In this document: positions 12,335-25,483 of the stretch, piece after piece
Position numbering within the stretch: the first letter of the stretch is position 1
Layout of the letters: every line of letters begins with the position of its first letter
Assembly: GCA_951406725.2 (NCBI GenBank)
Contig: OX597817.1
Coordinates: 119,598,001-119,662,000, forward strand
Direction: 5' to 3'
Source: Octopus vulgaris
Lineage: Eukaryota
Length of the DNA: 64,000 nt
The notes under the pieces: model-generated
Databases searched by the model: none
What the model was told of the DNA's origin: nothing
The model's input: only the letters and a program-made list of their open reading frames with translations
Translations under genes and position numbers: made by a program

Positions 12335-15300
12335 TTAATATTTATTTAGACGATAAGGGACAAAAGTAATATATCTGGATTATCATTAAATTACCTCTTT
12401 GACAAGTTTAAATACGATTGTAATTTTTTAAATCAAGAATTTCAATACGGGTTTCATAAAATAGCTAACATTATAATTGTTAAGCTGGGTTTTGTGACAA
12501 AACTTAAAATAATTGCGTATAAAACTATGATATATGGGTTTTTAATTTAAATCTAAATACTTTAAAGCGTGTGGTTTTATATCAAACAATCAGAGGAAAG
12601 CAGGTTATAATTAAACAAATTAAAGAAGTTCACACAACATGTTTTGTTTCTGTACACAATGACAAGTGATGACATTAGCCAAGATATATGAGAGGTTGCA
12701 TGCACTAGACGATGATGATGATGTCTCTCTAAAAATAATATATGTATTAAATGGAATGTTTAAGCTCTACATACAGCAATAAATTGATTTGATGGATGAG
12801 TGATAAAGGAACCATGTTTTTATGTGCATGAATATCCCTTGATGCATTTAAAGAATGGAATCGAAGCATATTTTATATGGTTACACACCTCAGAATGAAT
12901 AAATGAAATTGAATATTCATTTTGGGAAGAGGTCTGTATCCTCAAATTTATCTGATGCTAGAGGATGCAGAAAAGCTGGAATCAAAATACATATCATGTT
13001 ATTTTCATGAAACCTTGTAATATCTCATTCTAGTCTGGATCTAACACTTTGATCATTAAGTAATGATATTGTTAATGAGCATGCTAAGTGAATTCAACAA
13101 TATATGAATATTAATTTATCTTCATGGAAAAAAATGAGGAGTAGATGCAAGCTACTCTCCTTTGTAATCTTTGTATATATTATCTTCCTACTCCCATACC
13201 TCTACTGATTTCAATGACAAACTTAAAAATAATGAAAAATTTATAAATTTTTAAGTAAAACATGGCACAGTAGAATATTCTAGCCCCATTTAAGCTAACA
13301 GAAGAAGTATCAAAATTAAAGCAAGAATGAATTTGGATTTAATCTATATCACCATGGAGATAATGAAATTAAGCATAAAACAATAATATATCTCAGGGCA
13401 AGGCAATTTACATAATTCTTGGATACTGATCAATCTTGGTAATGTTGTTATAACTATTCAAAGCAAACTTACTATTGTTAGCTTGCTGTGTATATAAGTT
13501 CTAACTGAAGCAACAGAAAATTTAAACTATATAATTGATTAATATTGTGGCCAAATAAGAGAAACCTTAACAATGATAAATATAATACTATACACATGCA
13601 CACACACACACACATTATCTCACTTTATATCCCATTTATACTGTGTGAATCTTGTGTGATAAGGAGCATTTATTAAGATGATGCCACTTACAAGACTAAT
13701 CTGATTTCTTCTGAATTTCACAATCAACAGAGTGCAAATGAAATGATTAAATTCAGGGTTTACATAGAAAATGGAAAGCCACTGGAGATAAATAGCAATT
13801 TACTATTTAATAGTAGTTAATATAATGCGATATTTTAAGGTACATGAAAGAAATTGGAGATGAGAGGGAAAGAGAAAATTCATAAAGAGTAGTACTAGAA
13901 TCATTGACTTTTATTTGATAAGAAAACTTTGAGATTTTTTTACTTGTTCATTGATGTAAAAATGAACAAGTAATGTTCATTGGAATGTGGCCATGTTGGG
14001 GCACCAACTTGATAATAATGATTTCAAATTGGTTAGCAATTTTAGAAAAGGGGGATACTTGATTATATCAACCCCACTACACATCAGATACTTATGCTAT
14101 TGACCCCAAAAGGAGTAAAAGTGAAATTAACCTTAGCAGAATTTGAACTCAGAAGATAGTGCCAGAAAAAAATACCACTAACCATTTTATTCACCATTCT
14201 AACTTTATTAATATTTATATATATATATAGTAAATGCAAACATTATTGATTGCACATACATAGTGTATGTGTTTTGTTTATATACCAAATTTGTTACAGG
14301 ATAGTGTCAAGGGAAAAGCTCCCAGAATAACACCAATTGTCAAAGAACACCTGAATGTCACAGACCAAGCAAGACAAGTCAGAATCACCAAGAATGATAG
14401 ATGCTGATATTTCACCATTATTGGGGCTTATCAAAATCATATATTTGGGCCATCTCAAAATGAATTGAGTTGCTGGGCGCCATGACTTTTATGTAAATAA
14501 AGTGAAATCTATTTACTGATATGCTGTGCCATATCACGTGAAAGGAATTTACATTAGGACCAATGACGCTTATATCACTAGAGCTGCATTTAATTCTACA
14601 TCTATTAACTGCAATTTCTTTTTGTATATCAGAGACAGAAATTTAGTAAGCAATATATGTTCATAGATATATTTGTGGAATTATTTTTATTTTACATTTA
14701 TAGTACAGTCATAGACTTTGTTCACATACACTAAATGATAGAATGTTATTTATTATTATTTTAAGAATAATACATTAAAACTGGTACATGTCTTTCATTC
14801 TCCTCAATGTGTATTCTCACCAAGCGTTCATTTTTGATATCTTCTTGATGCAGTTCTTCTTTACTTATTCTATACCAAATGCACTAATATCTTTTATTTA
14901 AACTCACTGATACTTTCTATTTTCAAAGTACCACTTTCAACGACAGGAAGTCTTTTCTCAAACGCAGTAAAAGAAGTGAAGAAAACATAGACTTTCTTGA
15001 AACAATGATGTTCTTTACACAAAACCCAGCTTTCATGTCTAAAAATATGCATCGCCTAACTAGTATAACAGTTTTTTGTTACCTGGTTGAATAGAAAATA
15101 TCATATGATGTGACTGATTTCTGGCATGATTATATCCATGTATTGTGTTTTCTATATAATATTTTATTCTCAGAAAACAATAAATCCACTCATATGGTGC
15201 AAAGCAATGGAAGGAAAGTTAAATTTTAAGCAACAGCAAATAACTCAAACATAATTAAGCTGAAGAACTTTAACATTTAACATTTAACATTACCAGGAAT

Positions 15301-15449
15301 TAAACCTAAACTAAACCAAATTTTGTAATGATGTGAACCTTAAGGTAAATAATTTTCATTTTCATTCAAACAATAATCTTCCTTTTTGATATTTTCAAAA
15401 TGTTCTTACTCGATTCATTTTCTTTTTAAAGAACATCAGAGAACTTTTC

Positions 15450-15486
<37 letters not shown>

Positions 15487-15786
15487 TTGTAATAAAAGTA
15501 TTCTTCTTGTAAACTCATAAAAGAATTGTAATGAAGATTAAACAAAGTCAATGATTATTGATTATTCACAAAGAGGTCAAGAAGTCAAATTATGTCACTG
15601 ACATTGAACAAGAATACATTACCATCTATGCTTCAGTCAATCAAGCTGACAATAAGTAGCTCTTTGATTCCATAAATGAATCTCTACCATTAAGAGAGGC
15701 TTCTAGCTTTAAAATACATGCTCCAACAATTTCTACAAATGTTTGAATTTGCAGAAGTGACTAATTCAAACACACATTTAATAATA

Positions 15787-15914
15787 CAGTAGTACCTCAG
15801 TTTTCGAACAACTCTAATCATCAATAAATCGTGTTTTATCTCCTGTCTTTCTCATATTCATGTAATAGAGTAGTACCTTGCTTTACGAATATCTCTAATC
15901 ACAAATAAATCATG

Positions 15915-15953
<39 letters not shown>

Positions 15954-15990
15954 TCGTGATCAGATTTGTTTGAAAACGAAGGTACTGCTG
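15787..15990. mobile_element. Tigger/pogo-like MITE with ~35-bp TIRs and a duplicated left end
   Basis: TA|cagtagtacctcagttttcgaacaactctaatca ... tgatcagatttgtttgaaaacgaaggtactgctg|TA. A second left-end copy starts at ~15868; internal (TA)n. Confidence 0.8.
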
Positions 15991-17441
15991 TATATAAAAG
16001 GAATTTAAAAAGAAAATTTCTTTTTAAATCGACAAATATAAATATTTGGTAGGCTATTTCCTTATAAGAGGAAATTTAATTTCAAATTTTATAAAGTCTG
16101 TGGAATTTTATTTGAGGCTGATTTTGACTTTGAAATGTTTCTTTAATCTTTGAGGAGATTGATTGTTAACTACAGAGAGACGAGTGAAAAATGCTTGATA
16201 CAAGTTTTTCAATAATAATAATAATACTAATAACAAACAAGGCTGTACAATAATAGCTATATTTTTACATTTGTAACATTGGAAAGAAACCAATATAACC
16301 AATAAAATGATGCTATTCAGAATAAAGTAAAGTACTACAAATAACTTTCATCTTACTGGGCACACTTCAAGAAAGTTTCTAAGCTCTAAAACACCAAACA
16401 CTATGATGAAGTGACAAATGCAAAAATGTTTAGCACAAATCAACAGTTCAAACAAATAAATTTATTCTATTACAGTTTGGCTTTAAACTATTTTATTTCT
16501 ATTTTTCTTTTTATTTCCTCACCTTCTTTGTTATGTATCAGATTTCTATAAGAAAAATGTATTTTAAAAAGGTTTATGTTTTGATAAATATACTTGAGTA
16601 TCTCTACGACAGTAGAATATATGAATTTGAGAAAAAGTTTTACCTTCTATAAATAATTCACAAGATGACTTCAAACAAAGAAATTTGAATGTATCACTTT
16701 CACAAGAAACAACATATTTTAGAATTTTAAAGTTCATTTTTACACTCTTTCCCTCACTCACTGACTCACTCTGTATACTGTTTGTGCTTGTGCACTCATG
16801 TATATTATTACCTGTATGTGTCAGTATTCATGTAACACTTAAATGTAAGAATATTAGTGATGAATACTACAAGGATATGTTAATTATTCTTCTTGGAGAG
16901 ATAAGGTACAACCAAATTTCAAATCACTTTGAAACTCTTTCTAAATATTACTTTAGATATGAACAGCACAAAATCTCTCTGCGTTCTACCTAAATTGAAT
17001 TTTCATATCTTCTTATGTAAATTACATTATCAATACAAAGAACTAACAGGATTTATTTGTACTATCTCTTTAATTGTAATGCATCTCAATTAAAAACACA
17101 GTATAACTGATGCTCATGAAAACTAGTATTCAACTTTAGCCATCAATTTTTATCATATTTCTACTATTTATCCCCCAAATGAAATTGATACATTTGCAGT
17201 TCATATCTATGTAGTATTATAGTATTATGTAGATTAAATTTCAAGGAGATTTGCTTGTATTTAGCATGCAACCACATTACCTATATCTAACCAACTGGTC
17301 TGAAGCAAACTAGAGAAAAGCTATTGTCTATTTGATATTGCACTTGTCACATTGCTCAAAAACACAAATCATCTAATCAAACATCAGGTATACTGATCAA
17401 ATTGCATAATGAAGATATGTATGCACATTTGCACAAGAGGG

Positions 17442-17479
<38 letters not shown>

Positions 17480-17594
17480 CACACACATGCAAACACACAC
17501 ACAAACACACATGTATGTATGTACACTCGTGTTTGTGAGCATGCACATTTATCAATGCAGCAAGTTCACTCTTCTCAATTGAATACACTCACAC

Positions 17595-17634
<40 letters not shown>

Positions 17635-18135
17635 ACACACACACACAGAGGTTAGATTTAATTTTCAGTTATTCATGGTACAACAAAATAGATGCTGGTA
17701 TGATTCAAGAGTGAGTGGAACTCCAACAAGATTACCATTTTGCATAGTAACCACACATCTCCACCCAACCCAAACATACCCTTTCCTACATTTTTCCATA
17801 GACAGAATTTATATGCTGTCTATTTACTAGCAGTAACATCATAATAAGATTGTACAAAATATATTGTTGATATATGGATGACATGTCTTTGCTCTAGAGT
17901 GATGGCATTTTGAGTTTTTCAACAGTTCAACTTTAGAAAAACTTTGATTTCATGTGCTTTCAATAAATCTTTTATTCACTTTTAAGGAAGGTAACTTTAC
18001 ATAACTTTCATCATAAAAACCTTTAACCCAGTAGCTTTCAGTAAAGACCTGCTGACTGTAAGAGCCAATAAGGTTGAAAATATGAAAATTATTCCTAATG
18101 TCTCTTTCTGTAAATATTGTACACAATTTCAAATG

Positions 18136-18181
<46 letters not shown>

Positions 18182-19605
18182 CTCAATAGCACACATACAC
18201 ATACATGCACGTATTCAAAACTATTTTCTTTTTAAATCCATCAGTTGAAATAACTGAAGATGACAACATCACGTCTATGAACAATAATTTTAATAATACT
18301 ACATGCTTGCAAAATAAACTAAGTGATGCAACATTATTGATGCTTGGGTAGAAAATTTATCCATAATGTAGATGCTACAAGATTTATGAAACAGGAAAAT
18401 GATTCCCAGTGCTTGAAAGTACAAACTATAATTCATTTAGCCATTATTATACTTCCAATTAACTTAACAGTTATTCTTAAGTAGCAGAAAGAAATGGTCT
18501 ACATCAAACGGATTTGGTGTTTTTGTGTGTTGAACCATTATGTAGTGGGTTAGAGTATATCAAAACATCTGCCTAGACCTCCAGTATATATGGGGCATTT
18601 TGATTCCAGAAAATGAAGTAGCCTGTAAAATACTTGCTCTCTTGATAAACTATATACAAAGCTTAATAATGTGATTAAACACAGACATGCATATACAGTA
18701 ACATAATTACACTAATATAAAATGCTCTAGAATAGCTTTGGTTGCAATGTCTAAAAAGAAACCAAAGAGCTTTAAAAAAAAAACTGAAGAACATATACAT
18801 TCATTTATTATCAATTTTGAAGATATATATGAGATGCAAATATTCAAACCACTTCTTTCTTTGCTCCAAACTCATGTTATGAAGAAGGGCTACAGATTTT
18901 TTATATAAATAGGCACCTAGTACCCAACAGAATTTTTCTCTTGTTATACTCTAATAATGAAGGGTTTCTGTTCTATATTTCAAATGACGGTTGCCATACC
19001 CCATTGATCTTAGTCAAAGAACAATTATTTTTATTTATCTTACTTGCAATGAAATCCTGTTTTATGAAATTGCATGATCGATAGCTTACAGAAATTTTAT
19101 TGAATATGTTTTGTTCTACCTTCAGAGATTCTCTTTGATCTTCTGCATTATTATTGCATTATGATGTATGTTTCAAGTATTAAACATGTGTAAATGTTCT
19201 ATTTGACATAATAAATATCAGTTGGAGCCCAATACAACAATGTGTTGCATTCAATTTTCCCCTCCAAACACCTAAAAATTTCTCTATATCAAGTTATAGT
19301 TGAGAAAACCAAATAAGGAGAGTTGACAATGTTCATATATAAATTAATTGGATATCACATCAACCATTAACAAGTAACAGATCAAAATCTAACCAGTTAT
19401 AAGCCCTAGACCTTGTTGTCATTTGACAACATAGACTGGCAGACATTTAAATATATTCACTCGTTTATAGAACTGATAAGCTTCAAGAGACAAGAAACAC
19501 ATTTTCAAAGGAATACTTGATGTACTAATATTAGTAAATGCAAATCTGCAGTTCAAATCAATTCTTGTTCCTAAAATAAAAAGAGAGCTTTTACTGATTA
19601 CTTAC

Positions 19606-19788
19606 CAAATAACAGAAACAATATAGGAATCACTTCCTTTTGATCTAAGAGCAGAAAGAAGTTCCAGAAAACATTTTATTGCAAAATTCCATTTAAATTT
19701 GTTCCAAAATCTAAAATGTTTACTTTTCTCTCTTTGCTTTTTCCTGTGTTTATGACCATGACGGCTAATGAAAACAGCAGTTAGTTCT
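19606..19788 (-). other. Candidate upstream (5'UTR or uORF-coding) exon, 183 nt
   Basis: Acceptor ttttttccccatttttAG and consensus donor TTG|GTAAGT. Length is a multiple of 3 and one frame is open throughout (ELTAVFISRHGHKHRKKQREKSKHFRFWNKFKWNFAIKCFLELLSALRSKGSDSYIVSVI). Two short out-of-frame uORFs are also present. Confidence 0.45.
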
Positions 19789-20654
19789 CTAAAAATGGGG
19801 AAAAAACCTATGGAAATCTATTAGCCAAGAAAGAGCTATAATAATTCTTATACGGTTAGTTGCTCCCTGGTTTGTTCCAGACACAAAGCATTTCTGAATT
19901 AAAGAGGGAAAGTCAACAATCAAACCTATAATCCAAATGATGTTCATAATTCCGGTTGTAATAAAATGTGTCTAACAACACACTAACAAACGTACACACA
20001 GTATATGTGTGCATTACGTGTGTGCATGCAAAAGTACATAAGCACACACGTACAGCATTTTATACTATAAATTTTCTATGTCTGCTAAACCATTTCCTCA
20101 AACAGACATTTTTTTTTTTTTGCAGTCTTTATTTTTGTCATAGTGATGAAAAAATGATGGTTTAGTAGTTGATTGGTGGACAAAATACGAGTGGATGACA
20201 GGTATAAGAGCTGCAAATTTTTTCATATATTAACAAGTCAAGATCATATCCAAAGGGGAATTGAAGAAGACCCTAACATAGTAGAACATCAAAACAAATT
20301 GTTCACTGACTGGACAGCAGCTCATGGATATATTTTCACTTCATAAATTGTCATACACACAGGTGTCCATCTGAATGAAAGATTGTCATCTGTCACTAAC
20401 AAACATCTAATATTATATTACTATATGTTGCTGTTCTCATTAATTTTTTTCTTTATCAATCCATACTGTTTCTTATAAAAAATATATATATATAGTAATA
20501 TTTCATTACTAAAAAGTTGTTTTCAATGTAGAAGCCTAACTTTTACATCACTAATTCTACATAGAAGCAAATACATCTAGATTTAATTTGATGCTACTAA
20601 TTCATCTATTCATGCACGTACACACATGTGCATATGCACACAAACAAATGTAGG

Positions 20655-20685
<31 letters not shown>

Positions 20686-20754
20686 TAATTTATTATATAT
20701 ATGAATATTATATATATATTATATATTGTATATATATATATATATACGTTATAT

Positions 20755-21042
20755 ATTCTTTGTAAGCCTATTACTTATTCTATCAGTTTCTTTTGCCGAA
20801 GCGCTAAGTTACGAGAATGTAAACACACTAGCATCAGTTGTCAAGTGATGCTGGGGGGACACACAAACACACACACATTAATTGTTTCAGTCATTTGTCT
20901 GTGGCCATGTTGGAGCACTACTTTTAGTCGAGCAACACACACATGTAAAAACATACATATATATATTTATATACAATTGGCTTCTTCCAGTTTCTATCTG
21001 CCCAATCCACTCACACGGCTTTGGTCGGCCTGAAGCTACAGT
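20755..21042 (-). mobile_element. SINE family A, partial and rearranged
   Basis: Order is body, then tail segment (20880-20935), then head-proximal segment, which differs from the full-length copies. Confidence 0.75.
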
Positions 21043-21225
21043 ATCTTATATATATAATATATATATATAGATATTATATATTCTATATATATATATCATA
21101 TATATGTATATATATATTAATTAAAATCTTAGAGTAGCAAGAATATTCATCGAAAAATTCTTAATTACCAGTGGTCTAGCGAGAAAGAAAAAATTAGTCA
21201 ATAGACTATATATTATTCAAAGAAG

Positions 21226-21440
21226 AATACAGTGTATGTTCAAATACAAAAGAGATACCTGATGAATAGGTTATCGGACTCGCTAGAAAGAGCAGTTAAA
21301 TCTCCAAGCCACCAATTGTAATTCCGAAAGTAATTGAAAACTAAAAACAATTGGCGGCTTGGAGTTCTAACTTCTCTTTCTAGCGAGTCAGATATCCTAT
21401 TCTTCGGGTATATCTTTTGTGTTTGAACATACACTGTATT
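21226..21440. repeat. Long inverted repeat: 94-bp arms (21226-21319 / 21347-21440), 27-nt loop
   Basis: Manual alignment of the left arm to the reverse complement of the right arm gives 84/94 identity with no gaps. Confidence 0.95.
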
Positions 21441-21525
21441 TTTTTATGTGTATATATATATATATATATATGATATATGTACATTCTATATATGTATATC
21501 ATATATATTATATATGTATATTATA

Positions 21526-21568
<43 letters not shown>

Positions 21569-22521
21569 TAAATACATTATATGTATATCATATATATTAT
21601 ATATGTATATTATATACTATATATATATATATATATTAAATACATTACTTATATATTATATATCATGTTGGCCCTACACTCTTACTACCACATGTCATTT
21701 CTCTTGCTCCCTTTTTGCCCATCCTCTCCCTTTCTTACCCTATCTATTATATCATTATTTTTATTCACTGCTCTACATCACCTCATCCTCTTCTTTTTTG
21801 TCACAATCCTTCATCATCTCTCACCTAAAACCCAACTACCACCACCACCACCACCACAAATCATGTATCATTGGTCACTTCTCAACCACTGCCTCAATGG
21901 TACTGGAATTTTTATAGTTGTTACTTACTCTTCCCTACTATACCTACTTGTTTCTCCTTCAACACTTGCTACTCTTCATAATAGTCATCATCTCACCCAT
22001 TTCCTATGTCTAACCATCTCTTGCCTCTTACTCTACTACGCACTTCCTGTTTTCTGTTCTTGCTCTCTTCTAATCACCTTGCACCATGGGAATTCACACG
22101 GACACTTCATCATAGTTATTTTCATATCTTATCTCTTTCCACTTCCACCCAATCACTAACTTTTATAATCTGAACAGCTTCAGAATTCCCTTAGAGCAAG
22201 AAACCTGTTGAGTTCTGACCCCTTCTTTTCCACTTTCAACTCCCCATTCTGTAGCATGCCTTCACCTTTCTTTCAACTATAGCCCACTCATTTCATTTTG
22301 CAGGCCATATGGTGACCTAACTATTGTTGGCATAATGATATATATATAAAAAAAAGAAATCTTCCATTAAACAATGTAAAGGGGTACACATCAGGAAGGT
22401 TAGTTCAGCCACAGAAACAATGGCAAAGGGGACAGAGCATAATGGTCAGATCCTGCCAAACTATCAACCATGCCAGCATGAAATACAGATGTTCGATGAT
22501 GATGATGATGATGATGATGAT

Positions 22522-22675
22522 ATAGAAATGACTATGTGGTAAGTAACTTGCATACCAACTACTTGGTTCTGGGTTCAGTCCCACTGTGTGACACCTTGGG
22601 CAAGTGCCTTCTACTATAGCCTCAGGCTGATCAAAGCTTTGTGAGTGGATTCAGTAGATGGAAACTGAAACGAGC

Positions 22676-22728
<53 letters not shown>

Positions 22729-22940
22729 ACATATGTATATGTTTGTGCCTGTGTTAGATCCACCACTGCTTAACAACCGGAGTTGGTGTGTTTATGTGCC
22801 TGTAACTTAGTGGTTTGGCAAAAGAGACTGATAGAATAAGGACTAGGCTTACAAAAGAATAAGTCATGGGGTTGATTTGTTTGATTGAAGGTGATGCTCC
22901 AGCATGGCCGCAGTCAAATGACTGAAAAGAATAAAAGAAT
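22522..22940 (+). mobile_element. SINE family A, full-length
   Basis: Colinear with 32078-32480 (ggttcagtcccactgtgtgacaccttgggcaagtg ... gctccagcatggccgcagtcaaatgactgaaa). Confidence 0.9.
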
Positions 22941-23701
22941 ATACATACTGACACAATGCACAGACCACCAATAGGGGTTGGAGAGCCATATCTCCTCAAA
23001 CTTTAATTTTGACCAGGTTTCTTATGGTGGGATCCTCTTGTTGGTATGCGTGTGCATGTGTGTGTATATATATGTGTGTGTACACGAGTGGCTGTGTTGG
23101 AGAGAGAGGGAGAGAGAGAGAAAGAAAAAGAGAGAGAGAGACATACACACATACAGAATCTTCAAACATGCACAGAAATTATTTTTTTTTAAATATATTT
23201 GTGTATAACATCTATCTATGTGCAAAAATAACGGTAATGGAGTATTGAACTGAAATATTTTGTAATATTTGGCTCCAGAAAAATTACATCAAGTTACATG
23301 TAACGAATCTTTTTGCCATTTCTATGATCAATAAATTATATACCAGACGATGTCAACTAAATATTTCGAAGGTTGTTAGGTACCCAAATTTGCACACTTA
23401 CTGAAAGTAAAGAAAATATGAGGAACAACACATACACACACAGAGATGGATATATATATACGCACACACACACTTATAAAAACTGGTTATATGTCAGCAT
23501 ACTAGTGTTCATACGTAAATACGTACATATATATTTACTCACATAAATCTATACACAAACACACACACACTCATATACTCAAAGTTTTAGATTACACTGA
23601 TATGCATACACATATATTTCACACAAGTCTATCCATACAAACTTATATATATATATATATGGGTGTGTCTATGTATCTCTATGTGTAAGTATGTATATGC
23701 A

Positions 23702-23753
<52 letters not shown>

Positions 23754-24009
23754 TATATATGTTCTTGACCACCTGACTGTTTTTACTTCAAATTTTTCAA
23801 ACTTTTATAAATGTTTACTTATATTTGCTACGATGAAATACATTGAAACTGGTAATATTGATATTTTTATTTATATAATCTTTTATTAAATTCCTTCTTA
23901 TACTGAAATTTCTTAGACTTAATTCTGTGCTATTTCCACTCCATCTTTTTTTTTTATATATAAAAAATTTATTTGTATAGATCTCTAATCATTTTTCAAC
24001 TACATATGA

Positions 24010-24043
<34 letters not shown>

Positions 24044-24337
24044 GTATATACATATATATGTATATATATATATGTATATATATATGTATATATATATATG
24101 TATGTGCGTGCGTGTGGTGGAGGCATGTGGCTTAGTGGTTAGGGTGTCAGCATCATGATGGTAAGATTGTGGTTTCGATTCCTAGACTGGGCGATGCATT
24201 GTGTTCTTGAGCAAACACTTAATTTCACGTTGCTCCAGTCCACTCAGCTGGGGAACACATATGCCATAGAAACCAGGAAACTGGGCCCATGAGCCTGGTT
24301 AGGCTTTAAAAGGGTGCATTTATTATATATATATATA

Positions 24338-25203
24338 CAGGGTGAATAATCTGTCATCTAAATTATGCAAAAATGAAAATAACTATGACATCTCATTTTA
24401 ACAGATATATTTACCAAAATTACATTAAAATATCTTGAAATACTAAACAGTAAATTTATTCCATAAAATCGCCATTAGCTTCAACCAAACCCTCTAGATG
24501 ACTTTGGAATCTCCTGCAACTTTTCTGAATGGTTTCTTTGTTCAAGTTGGTGAATGCTGCCATAATCCTTGCCTCCAGTTCATCTTTGGTATTACAAGAA
24601 GTTTTGTTGGTCTCTCACTCAACTGCAACCCACACATAATAATGAAGGGTGTTGGAATCTGAGGAGTTAGGTAGCCATATGATAGGGGTTATGTGGTCGC
24701 AGAAATTGTTTGACAGCTAATACTGGGTTCTCTTGCTTGTGTGGCATAGTGCAGAGTCATGGTGCTAGGCATAGGGTCTTCCAGCAGCCCCCCCTCTTCA
24801 CCCAGGGCAGCACTACCTCCTCCAGGCACGTGAGCATGAGGCCATGTGAGAAGATAAATGGAGGCATAATGTAGCCATCACTAGTAATCACTCTAAACAC
24901 AAATATGTTGACTGAATGTTTTATTTTTATCATTCTTAGTACATGTCCTCAGATTGCACTCTCCTGAGATTGACACCCAAACACTCTGTCATATTTGTAT
25001 TAGACCTTCTGGTGCGAATGCCAAGCAGTACAGCATGTCATTTCCAAATTTCTGGCAGAGTGAATTGCATCATGGTGCTGGTTTTTCACAGATAGTGCCC
25101 AACCAACCCTACCATACTGTGTAGTTGACAAACTTAAAAAGAAACAATGCACATGCATGAAATTTTGAATTTTAAATGGTGACAATTTACCCATCGCATC
25201 CTG
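24338..25203 (-). mobile_element. Decayed, internally deleted Tc1/mariner transposon, DD37D (maT-type)
   Basis: TA-flanked termini cagggtg... / ...catcctg. Minus-strand pseudo-transposase RPYA*HHDSALCHTSKRTQY*LSNNFCDHITPIIWLPNSSDSNTLHYYVWVAVE*ETNKTSCNTKDELEARIMAAFTNLNKETIQKSCRRFQSHLEGLVEANGDFME* matches the QQDxAPxH and WPPNSPDLNPLDY motifs, with 37 residues between the 2nd and 3rd catalytic positions. Contains multiple stop codons. Confidence 0.9.
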
Positions 25204-25445
25204 TATATAGTTTCATTCTTCTGCATATATAAACTATTTCAGCACAGAAAATAGATCAATTAATACAGAGACATATGGATGGATGGATGGTGTTTTCAAT
25301 AATCTAAAAAACTTCATTATACATATTGCTGCATAAATTGTATTTGCTTTCATAACTATGCATAAATATATACATATTCATAGATCTTTACTTAAATAAA
25401 ATTTAATATCTATTTAATATCTATATATATATATTTATATATATG

Positions 25446-25483
<38 letters not shown>

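Noticed and set aside
14900-15095. ~65-codon open plus-strand frame and a minus-strand CAG|GTAAC donor at 15083
   Set aside because: No convincing acceptor or start and no recognisable motif.
21255-21335. CUGAUGA...CGAAAGUA within the long hairpin as an intact hammerhead
   Set aside because: Stems I-III could not be formed and the motif is sequestered in the long duplex.
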